Virus record (IMG/VR): IMGVR_UViG_3300047288_000127
Span: 1 to 26,177 of that record
DNA length: 26,177 bases
From: a virus
Lineage: Duplodnaviria > Caudoviricetes
Strand: one strand, 5' to 3'
A program made the position numbers and the translations under genes. The notes below the pieces were generated by a model, which saw only the letters and a list, made by a program, of their open reading frames with translations, had not been told where the DNA came from and did not search any database. Positions 19,742-26,177 of this stretch are shown here, one piece after another. The first letter of the stretch is position 1. Every line of letters begins with the position of its first letter.

Positions 19742-20735
19742 AGAGGCTCTAGCCCTGCTAGATCCTAAGATTAGAAACAAGCTTGCTACTGGAGCTGGAA
19801 TTAAGACTGAAACACAGCCTACGCCCAGCCCAGGGCTTAATAGGGCACTAAATGGAGGTCTGCCCTATGGTAGGCAGGTCCTTGTTTGGGGAAGCAAGTC
19901 TAGTGCTAAATCATCACTATGCCTTCAAACAATTGGACTAGCCCAAAAGGATGGCAAGCTTTGTGCCTGGATTGATGCCGAGATGTCCTATGATGAAGCC
20001 TGGGCAAAAAATCTTGGGGTAGACACAGATAAGTTAATTTATTCACAAGCAAGAACAATTAATGAGATGGTAGATGTCGCTGTAGCTCTAATGCAAGCAG
20101 GGGTAGACCTAATTGTAATTGACTCAATTACATCCTTGCTACCAGCTATTTATTTTGAGAAAGACTCTGATGAGCTAAAGTCGTTAGAAAATACAAAACA
20201 GATTGGTGCTGAATCTAGAGACTTTAGCAATGCATGGAAAATGATTAACTATGCTAACAATAAGATAAAGCCTACTTTAATTATTGCTATTTCTCAATCT
20301 AGAAATAATATTAATGCTATGTATACTAGCCAGCAGCCAACTGGAGGGCAGTCTACAAAATTCTATTCATCTACAGTCATAAAGCTATTCTCATCTGAGT
20401 CAGATAATCAAGCACTCAAAGGAAAAATCCCAGTGGGGGATAAGCTAATTGAAGAAAAGGTTGGTCGTAAGGTTAGATGGGAAATTCAATTCTCTAAAAC
20501 ATCTCCAGCATTCCAAAGCGGAGAGTATGACTTTTATTTCCGTGGAGATAATCTTGGAATAGACTCAATTGCAGATCTCGTAGATACGGCAGAGATGAAC
20601 GGTCTCGTTGAAAGAACTGGTGCCTGGTATAAGCTAGAAAGCGGAGACAAGATACAAGGCAGAGATGCTTTTATTAAGTATGTCAAGGATACCCCAGAGT
20701 ATCAGGCAGAGCTAAAGGCAAAACTTAATGTCTAG
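19728..20735 (+). CDS. recA: RecA/UvsX-like recombinase
   Basis: GGLPYGR, variant Walker A GSKSSAKSS, IDAE, Walker B VIDS, SQSR, TGG..KFYSS, GAWY...QGR. TTG start with GGAGG SD, overlapping the dnaE end. Confidence 0.92.
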   Translation: MTTVEEALALLDPKIRNKLATGAGIKTETQPTPSPGLNRALNGGLPYGRQVLVWGSKSSAKSSLCLQTIGLAQKDGKLCAWIDAEMSYDEAWAKNLGVDTDKLIYSQARTINEMVDVAVALMQAGVDLIVIDSITSLLPAIYFEKDSDELKSLENTKQIGAESRDFSNAWKMINYANNKIKPTLIIAISQSRNNINAMYTSQQPTGGQSTKFYSSTVIKLFSSESDNQALKGKIPVGDKLIEEKVGRKVRWEIQFSKTSPAFQSGEYDFYFRGDNLGIDSIADLVDTAEMNGLVERTGAWYKLESGDKIQGRDAFIKYVKDTPEYQAELKAKLNV

Positions 20736-20919
20736 CAAATATGAGATTTATCATGGAGAATTCCCTTGCCATACTTGTGGGGAAGTGGTAAAATCGTTAA
20801 GGTTTTATTTTGACACAAAAGATACTACTTGGATGTGTAGTAAGAAACACATAAGTGTTGTTACCTTAATATCACCCAAGAGAACAAAGAAAGATTATGA
20901 GCGAGAAGTCGGAGAGTAA
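20728..20919 (+). CDS. Small zinc-ribbon protein
   Basis: 63 aa, CHTC...CSKKH, overlapping both neighbours. Confidence 0.65.
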   Translation: MSSKYEIYHGEFPCHTCGEVVKSLRFYFDTKDTTWMCSKKHISVVTLISPKRTKKDYEREVGE

Positions 20920-21178
20920 GCGACTTGGGGCCAAGCAAACTAAAAACAGTGGGCGTGGCAATAAAAAGGGAGACGCAACCTGGGAAAACTTTACAGTTGA
21001 CTTTAAAGAATATCCAAAGGGCTTTACCGTAAACCAGGACAACTGGGCTAAAGCTGCAACCGATGCAGTCAAAAATGGAAACGATCCAGCAATCGTAGTG
21101 ATTCTGGGAGAAGGAAGCAGAAAGACAAGGCTTGCAATAATAGAGCTATCTCTATTAGAGCAGCTACTTGAGGACTAA
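20897..21178 (+). CDS. PD-(D/E)xK nuclease, Holliday-junction-resolvase-like
   Basis: 93 aa. SE...NSG..KGDA...VDFKE pattern resembles small archaeal/phage Hjc-type resolvases. Confidence 0.62.
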   Translation: MSEKSESKRLGAKQTKNSGRGNKKGDATWENFTVDFKEYPKGFTVNQDNWAKAATDAVKNGNDPAIVVILGEGSRKTRLAIIELSLLEQLLED

Positions 21179-21180
21179 TT

Positions 21181-21798
21181 ATGAAAACACTATTTTTAGA
21201 TATTGAAACTACGCCAATGCAGGTATATGCCTGGGGGCTTTTTGATCAAAACATTACTATTGATCAAATCATTAAGAGCACAGAAATGCTATGTTTTGGT
21301 GCTAGATGGCTTGGAGAAAAGAAAGTTATCTTTAGGTCAGTTCATCATGACGGCAAGAGGGCCATGCTTGAAGATCTTCACAAGCTAATGGATGAAGCAG
21401 ACGTGCTTGTTGGCTGGAACTCAGCAGCATTTGATCACAAGCACATAAATCGTGAATTCCTGGAAAATGGAATGATGCCGCCATCAACAGTAAAAGACCT
21501 AGACCTTATGAGTGTAACCAAGGCAAACTTTTTGTTCCCATCAAATAAGCTAGACTATGTTGCACAAAAGCTAGATGTCGGTGCCAAGGTTAAGCATTCA
21601 GGATTTAGCCTATGGCTACGCTGTATGGATGGCGACAAGAAGGCTTGGAAAGAGATGAAGGAATACCAGATTCAGGATGTAAATCTTTTGGTAGACCTGT
21701 ATGACATACTTCTTCCATGGCTTGTTCCAAATGGCAAGGTAACTAGCAAGGAAAAGCAGGCAATTCAGGCTACCCTGGACCTTGAGGGAATGGTATAA
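21181..21798 (+). CDS. DEDD/RNase H-fold 3'-5' exonuclease (DnaQ/PolB-exo-like)
   Basis: ExoI FLDIET, ExoII GWNSAAFD, ExoIII YQIQDV. GAGG SD. Confidence 0.85.
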   Translation: MKTLFLDIETTPMQVYAWGLFDQNITIDQIIKSTEMLCFGARWLGEKKVIFRSVHHDGKRAMLEDLHKLMDEADVLVGWNSAAFDHKHINREFLENGMMPPSTVKDLDLMSVTKANFLFPSNKLDYVAQKLDVGAKVKHSGFSLWLRCMDGDKKAWKEMKEYQIQDVNLLVDLYDILLPWLVPNGKVTSKEKQAIQATLDLEGMV

Positions 21799-21799
21799 T
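21791..21799 (+). promoter_or_regulatory. Putative extended -10 promoter (TGGTATAAT) that includes the exonuclease stop codon
   Basis: TGG-TATAAT 21791-21799, with stop TAA at 21796-21798. In-frame GTG at 21806 begins 7 nt after the -10 (leaderless geometry). Confidence 0.58.
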
Positions 21800-21802
21800 A
21801 TT

Positions 21803-22123
21803 ATGGTGGAAAAAGAAGTAAAAACAGATAAAACAACATTAGAGATGGTAAACGGACTAGCAGAGATTGCTGATTTTATGCAGGACGAAGAGCTAACCGC
21901 TGCTCTTACGACTATTGCTAAGCTAATCCTTAAACCAGATATTCCTTTGCAGGTAGCTACCGTAGAGATCGTAAGGCTTCAAGCAATTGCAGCCAAGATG
22001 GCCTTTAAGGCAACCTGGATGGTAAATGTTGAAAAAGGAAATAGAGAGAAGAAAAATATATATTTTACTGCTCATGAAGCAATTACGGACCTAGTGTCTG
22101 CTTTAAAATATATTGTTAAATAA
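21803..22123 (+). CDS. Hypothetical all-helical protein (start probably ATG 21803 or GTG 21806, not 21782)
   Basis: Same frame as the tracked ORF 21782..22123. The revised start avoids overlap with the exonuclease and fits the -10 element. Confidence 0.65.
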   Translation: MVEKEVKTDKTTLEMVNGLAEIADFMQDEELTAALTTIAKLILKPDIPLQVATVEIVRLQAIAAKMAFKATWMVNVEKGNREKKNIYFTAHEAITDLVSALKYIVK

Positions 22124-22126
22124 AAT

Positions 22127-22927
22127 ATGGCTAAAAATTTACTGCAACAGGTGATGCTTAAAGCTGAGGACAAGGCAAAAAAGTCATTCCTTGATCCGCA
22201 AGAGCTCATTGATAAAATCAATCATGGCTATATAGCTAAACGTGAAGCAAAGTTTCAGCAAAAGAAAAGCTTTGCCCCAAGCACCATTGCATTTTCTCAT
22301 GGAGAATGTCCAAGGTATTGGTATCTGGCTTTCGAGGGTGCAACCTTTGAAGACAACACAGATCCATATGGTGGTGCCAATATGACGGCTGGTACAAAAT
22401 CACATGAACGTATTCAGCAAGCAATGGCGGATGCTGGAATCTTAAAAGATGCAGAATTTAAGGTTACCTGGAACGACCCCCCAATCTTTGGATTTGGAGA
22501 TGTGATTCTTGACTGGGGTGGCGAAGATTTATTGGGTGAAATAAAAACAATGCCCAATGAGGGATTTGAGTATAGGAAAGCAAGCGGTAAGCCAAAGCTC
22601 GGTCATCTTGTGCAGTTGCTGATATATATGAGGATTTTAAATAAGACAAAAGCTGTTTTAATATATGAGAATAAAAATAATCATGATCTGTTGGTAATAC
22701 CAGTAGAGATTAATGATTATTATATTAAGTGGGTAAGCCAAGCATTTGACTGGATGAAAGAAGTTCGTAAGGCCTGGGAAGACAAAAAGCTTCCTGAGAA
22801 GAACTATAGGTCCAACTCAAAGATTTGCAAGACGTGTCCTTTAAGGGCAACTTGTGATGAAGCTGGCAAGGGAGATCTAAAGATAAAATCTCTGGAGCCT
22901 CTAAATGAAGAGTTGTCAATGGTGTAA
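22127..22927 (+). CDS. Cas4-like (RecB-family) exonuclease with Fe-S cysteines
   Basis: One N-terminal Cys (CPRYWY) plus CKTCPLRATC. RecB motifs GTKSHE, GFGD, GEIKT, QLLIY. No CRISPR array or cas1 nearby. Confidence 0.85.
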   Translation: MAKNLLQQVMLKAEDKAKKSFLDPQELIDKINHGYIAKREAKFQQKKSFAPSTIAFSHGECPRYWYLAFEGATFEDNTDPYGGANMTAGTKSHERIQQAMADAGILKDAEFKVTWNDPPIFGFGDVILDWGGEDLLGEIKTMPNEGFEYRKASGKPKLGHLVQLLIYMRILNKTKAVLIYENKNNHDLLVIPVEINDYYIKWVSQAFDWMKEVRKAWEDKKLPEKNYRSNSKICKTCPLRATCDEAGKGDLKIKSLEPLNEELSMV

Positions 22928-23204
22928 TGGACCGTTTGAAAGCAAAGTAAAGTATCAAATTTATTGCTCAGTAGAGTGCAGAGAAGAAGCAACCAAGGAA
23001 AAGGTGGCAGAGAGATATGCAATTGTTCGTAGAAAAAAGATGCATACTAAAACTAGATATTGTAAGTCTTGTAAAACAAAACTATCTGCCTACAACGATG
23101 AGGTATTGTGTGACTCATGTATGATAAATCCGCTAGATGTTGGAAAAGCATTGCGAGATATCAAGGGAATGTCGAATGGTAAAAATAAGCAAGCTGACGA
23201 ATAA
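22905..23204 (+). CDS. Cys-rich zinc-finger protein
   Basis: CQWC...YCSVEC...CKSC...CDSC. Confidence 0.68.
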   Translation: MKSCQWCNGPFESKVKYQIYCSVECREEATKEKVAERYAIVRRKKMHTKTRYCKSCKTKLSAYNDEVLCDSCMINPLDVGKALRDIKGMSNGKNKQADE

Positions 23205-23757
23205 GCCAGAGAGAATATGCGCTATTGATGCCAGCACAAACAGCCTGGCCTTTTCAATTTTTAGTGGAAATAGGCTGACACATTTTGGCAAGATAAACTT
23301 TGAAGGAATAAACATATATTCTAAAATTAAAGATGCTGCAAGAAAGTCGGTTTCTTTTTTTAATAAATTTGCAAATGATATTGATGCGATTGTAATTGAA
23401 CATACCATATATATGAACAGCCCAAAGACTCAGGCAGACCTTGCTCTGGTTCAGGGAGCCTTGCTTGGTGCAGCAGCGCAGAACAAAATAAGGCTGGCTG
23501 GATCAATCAATCCAATCGCTTGGCAGTCTTATATCGGCAACGGCAAGCTTACAAAAGATGCAAAAAAGCTAATTAGGGTAAATAATCCAGACAAGTCCGA
23601 GTACTGGTATAAGCAGCACGAAAGAGAACTAAGAAAACAAAAGACTATTAACTTTATTAATATTAATTATGACTTAGATATTCAGGACAATGACGTTGCT
23701 GATGCAATAGGAATAGGCCACTATGCAGTTAATAACTGGGAAAAGATTGACAAATAA
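23176..23757 (+). CDS. RuvC-like Holliday junction resolvase (start probably ATG 23176)
   Basis: ICAIDASTNS, IVIEH and DNDVADAIGIG are RuvC/RNase H catalytic motifs. Confidence 0.8.
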   Translation: MVKISKLTNKPERICAIDASTNSLAFSIFSGNRLTHFGKINFEGINIYSKIKDAARKSVSFFNKFANDIDAIVIEHTIYMNSPKTQADLALVQGALLGAAAQNKIRLAGSINPIAWQSYIGNGKLTKDAKKLIRVNNPDKSEYWYKQHERELRKQKTINFININYDLDIQDNDVADAIGIGHYAVNNWEKIDK

Positions 23758-23775
23758 AATGGGATCTGCTAAATT
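23747..23775 (+). promoter_or_regulatory. Putative promoter TTGACA-N17-TAAATT (extended TG) straddling the start of the small HTH gene
   Basis: TTGACA 23747-23752, TG 23767-23768, TAAATT 23770-23775. Confidence 0.42.
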
Positions 23776-23917
23776 ATATACATCTGAGCTATGGCTTCGT
23801 AAAAGATACCATCTTGACAAGAAGTCTCCAGAAGAGATTGCAAAAGAGTGTGGGGTAAGCGTAGAAACAATCTACGTATATCTTGCTAAATTTGGATTAA
23901 GGAAGTCAAGACGATGA
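23759..23917 (+). CDS. Small HTH DNA-binding protein (52 aa)
   Basis: KSPEEIAKECGVSVETIYVYLAKFGL is a classic HTH. ATG 23759 follows the RuvC-like stop. Confidence 0.75.
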   Translation: MGSAKLYTSELWLRKRYHLDKKSPEEIAKECGVSVETIYVYLAKFGLRKSRR

Positions 23918-24186
23918 GTGCACAAACACAAAAAGAAATTGAAAAGGTTACTAGGCAGGTATCCGATCTGCTTATTGCAAAAAATAAATCATATGGAGAC
24001 TCAGCACTACATCCAACACGTGTATTTTCTAAGGCAGATGCGGTAGAGCAGCTTCTAGTTCGCATAGATGACAAGCTATCCAGAATACAAAATGGCCACG
24101 ACTGGCCTGGAGATAATGACATAGACGATCTAATTGGCTATTTGATACTGCTTAAGATAGCTAAGGAGCGCAATGTTAAAGCGTAA
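23914..24186 (+). CDS. DUF1599/Nmad1-like small helical protein (nucleotide-modification-associated, MazG-like fold)
   Basis: KNKSYGDS...RIDDKLSRI...DDLIGYLIL motif pattern. ATGA overlap. Confidence 0.68.
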   Translation: MSAQTQKEIEKVTRQVSDLLIAKNKSYGDSALHPTRVFSKADAVEQLLVRIDDKLSRIQNGHDWPGDNDIDDLIGYLILLKIAKERNVKA

Positions 24187-24472
24187 AAAAGCAGAGCCAT
24201 CCAAAACCTACTTTGAAACCATCCCACAAATTGAGATAGATGGTTTTGTAATAGAGGCTGGCGAACTAATTAAAATAAAGGGTGAATACGGTGGGAAGTT
24301 TAAGCTCATCGGACTTACCAAGAACAATCTAACTGGTGCTGAATGGGTAGATTGTTATGAAGTGATTGGCGGGGTTCCATCTGTATTTAGATCTTTTCAA
24401 CTAGATCAAATTAAAAGAATTCCACAACGTGGAAAGAGAGGTAAGCGTGTCAGCGGAACAGGATCTAATTAA
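24173..24472 (+). CDS. Hypothetical protein (small beta-barrel, SH3-like)
   Basis: 99 aa, AAGGAG SD. GELIKIKGEYGGKFK...EWVDC...FRSF pattern. Confidence 0.6.
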   Translation: MLKRKKAEPSKTYFETIPQIEIDGFVIEAGELIKIKGEYGGKFKLIGLTKNNLTGAEWVDCYEVIGGVPSVFRSFQLDQIKRIPQRGKRGKRVSGTGSN

Positions 24473-24974
24473 TCACCTAGATCAAGTAAACAAGGTGGTA
24501 GGAGAGTATCTAAAGGGTAGCGATCCTACAAAAATTTCTAAAGAGCTTGCCATACCAAGACAGAAAGTCGTTGCATATCTAGATGAGTGGAAGGCAATGG
24601 CTGCAGACAATGCTGCTATTCGTGCACGTGCCAAGGAAGCCCTGGTAGTTGCTGACACTCACTACAGTAAGCTAATTGAAAAGGCATATGAGGTAATAGA
24701 TGAAGCTACGACTACAGCCAATCTTCCTGCAAAAACAGCTGCTATTAAGTTAGTGATGGACCTAGAGTCAAAGAGAATTGATATGCTTCAAAAAGCTGGC
24801 CTGCTTGAAAATAAAGAGCTAGCTGAAGAAATGATTGAAATTGAGAGGCGTCAGGAAGTTTTGGTGGGTATTCTAAAAGATATTGCATCGGAGTATCCAC
24901 AAATTAGAGATGAAATTATGCGTAGGCTTTCTTCTATATCCAAAGAAAAAGAGGTGATTACAGTTGTCAACTAG
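24447..24974 (+). CDS. Probable terminase small subunit (start probably GTG 24447)
   Basis: N-terminal HTH (PTKISKELAIPRQKV), long helical/coiled-coil body, upstream of TerL. GAGG precedes GTG 24447. Confidence 0.62.
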   Translation: MSAEQDLINHLDQVNKVVGEYLKGSDPTKISKELAIPRQKVVAYLDEWKAMAADNAAIRARAKEALVVADTHYSKLIEKAYEVIDEATTTANLPAKTAAIKLVMDLESKRIDMLQKAGLLENKELAEEMIEIERRQEVLVGILKDIASEYPQIRDEIMRRLSSISKEKEVITVVN

Positions 24975-25380
24975 CAAGGTTGGTTTTGTAGCATCTGCAT
25001 TTGACCTACTGCATCCAGGTCACATTTTAATGCTAAAGGAGGCAAAGTCTGTCTGCGACTATCTTGTTGCCTGCCTTCATGTAGACCCATCTCAACAAAG
25101 AAGTTTTAAGAATAGGCCAGTTCAAAATATTGTTGAAAGGCAGATTCAGCTAAAGGGTACGAGGTATGTAGATGAAATTATTGTATACGAAACAGAGGAA
25201 CAGCTTTTAGAGATAATTAAATCTATACATTTTGATATAAGGATTATTGGTGAGGACTATCTAGGAAAAGACTTTACTGGTAAAGAGTTTTGCTTAGAAA
25301 ATAATATTGAAATATATTATGCCAAAAGGCGTCACAGCTATAGCTCATCTGGGCTACTAGAAAGAATCAGAAATGTTTGA
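24964..25380 (+). CDS. Cytidylyltransferase, TagD (glycerol-3-phosphate cytidylyltransferase)-like
   Basis: HxGH motif AFDLLHPGH, then ER...YVDEI, IGEDY and C-terminal RRHSYSSS (equivalent to TagD RTEGISTT). TTG start with GAGGTG SD. Confidence 0.85.
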   Translation: MSTSKVGFVASAFDLLHPGHILMLKEAKSVCDYLVACLHVDPSQQRSFKNRPVQNIVERQIQLKGTRYVDEIIVYETEEQLLEIIKSIHFDIRIIGEDYLGKDFTGKEFCLENNIEIYYAKRRHSYSSSGLLERIRNV

Positions 25381-26177
25381 TGACTTCATAGAAGCACTCA
25401 CCTCAGATGTATTTGAAGAGGTGCCAGTAGATGTAAAGACATTTGTTGAAGGCAGGGACTACCTTGCACAACCACCACTTTCTCAGGTACAGTATGACAT
25501 TGTAGAGGCAATGAGCCAAATCTATAAAAAAGAAGACATCATTAGCTTGATGGGCACGGACGAGGGCACCAGGTACTATAATAAATATACAAAAAATGAA
25601 GTGATTCTTCAGTTAGGTAAGGGAAGTGGAAAAGACTTTACATCAACGGTTGCGTGTGCATATATTGTATATAAGCTACTATGCCTTAAGGATCCTGCAC
25701 GGTATTTTGGCAAGCCTAGTGGCGATGCCATTGACATCATTAACGTTGCTATTAATGCCCAGCAGGCTAAGAATGTATTCTTTAAAGGATTTAAAACAAA
25801 GATTGAAAAGTCCGCTTGGTTTGCAGGAAGGTTCTATGCGAAAGCGGAGAGTATTGAGTTTGATAAATCTATTACAGTTTACTCAGGACATTCCGAAAGA
25901 GAATCTCACGAAGGTCTCAACCTTATCCTGGCGGTACTTGACGAGATCTCTGGTTTTGCTACGGAAATTGGAACAGGCAATGATCAGGGTAAAACTGCGG
26001 ATAACATCTATAAGGCCTTCAGGGCATCAGTAGATTCTCGTTTCCCAGATTTAGGCAAGGTTGCCCTCTTATCCTTTCCACGTTTTCCTGGAGACTTTAT
26101 TTCGGCAAGATATGATGCGGTAATTGCAGAGAAAAATTCTGTTCTCAAAACACATAAGTTTGTTATGAACCCAGACT
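25373..26177 (+). CDS. terL: Terminase large subunit, ATPase domain (3'-truncated; absent from the ORF track)
   Basis: Hand translation from ATG 25373 is open to the window end: MFDDFIEAL..., Walker A LGKGSGKD, INVAINAQQA, Walker B LAVLDEIS, motif III LLSFPR. AGAAAG 8 nt upstream. Confidence 0.9.
   Translation, partial: MFDDFIEALTSDVFEEVPVDVKTFVEGRDYLAQPPLSQVQYDIVEAMSQIYKKEDIISLMGTDEGTRYYNKYTKNEVILQLGKGSGKDFTSTVACAYIVYKLLCLKDPARYFGKPSGDAIDIINVAINAQQAKNVFFKGFKTKIEKSAWFAGRFYAKAESIEFDKSITVYSGHSERESHEGLNLILAVLDEISGFATEIGTGNDQGKTADNIYKAFRASVDSRFPDLGKVALLSFPRFPGDFISARYDAVIAEKNSVLKTHKFVMNPD

Noticed and set aside
13583-20735. Inteins or introns in helicase, DnaE or RecA
   Set aside because: Protein lengths are normal or short, with no Cys...His-Asn splice motifs or homing endonuclease inserts.
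22127-22927. CRISPR-Cas system suggested by the Cas4-like gene
   Set aside because: No repeat-spacer array, cas1, cas2 or effector genes; solo Cas4-like nucleases are common in phage recombination modules.
23176-23757. RuvC-like gene next to a Zn-finger gene as a TnpB/IscB/Cas12-like RNA-guided nuclease
   Set aside because: Only about 193 aa with a compact resolvase-type motif layout, no non-coding space for a guide RNA and no transposon ends.
734-24122. Numerous 60-114 aa minus-strand and alternate-frame ORFs
   Set aside because: All lie within or across well-supported + strand genes and show no recognisable motifs; typical shadow ORFs.
25626-26033. 135-aa + strand ORF in the track
   Set aside because: Out-of-frame shadow of the terminase large subunit, which carries clear Walker A/B motifs in another frame.
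1-26177. Alternative genetic code, tRNAs, rho-independent terminators, DGR or retron elements
   Set aside because: The standard code gives near-complete coding density; intergenic gaps are at most about 34 bp; no hairpin-plus-U-tract, reverse transcriptase or TR/VR repeat pair was seen.

Overview
A 26 kb slice of a tailed dsDNA phage genome (Caudoviricetes, probably a siphovirus; low GC). It is almost wall-to-wall + strand genes, many with stop/start overlaps. Order: (1) tail module: 5'-truncated tape measure protein (open from base 3), then six tail-tip/minor tail genes (4643-12497); (2) a MerR-like HTH gene; (3) a replication/recombination module: DnaB-like helicase, DnaG-like primase, SSB, DnaE polymerase, RecA, PD-(D/E)xK resolvase-like nuclease, DEDD exonuclease, Cas4-like nuclease, RuvC-like resolvase and small Zn-finger/HTH genes; (4) a DUF1599/Nmad1-like gene, terminase small subunit, an intercalated TagD-like cytidylyltransferase, and a 3'-truncated terminase large subunit that the ORF track missed. 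The gene set, AGAAAG-type ribosome sites and probable leaderless starts point to an actinobacterial host (inference). I found no CRISPR array, RNA gene, integrase, intein or retroelement, and cannot claim a wholly new system. The best leads are: a control region hidden inside the HTH gene (three sigma70-type promoter motifs about 100 bp apart, an AT-rich tract and a GC-rich inverted repeat over a TTGACA box); extended -10 motifs written into gene ends and stop codons; a cytidylyltransferase splitting the terminase genes; atypical motifs in RecA, DnaB and DnaE; and apparent absence of CCGG and CGCG (by-eye scan). All family calls come from motif recognition, not database searches.
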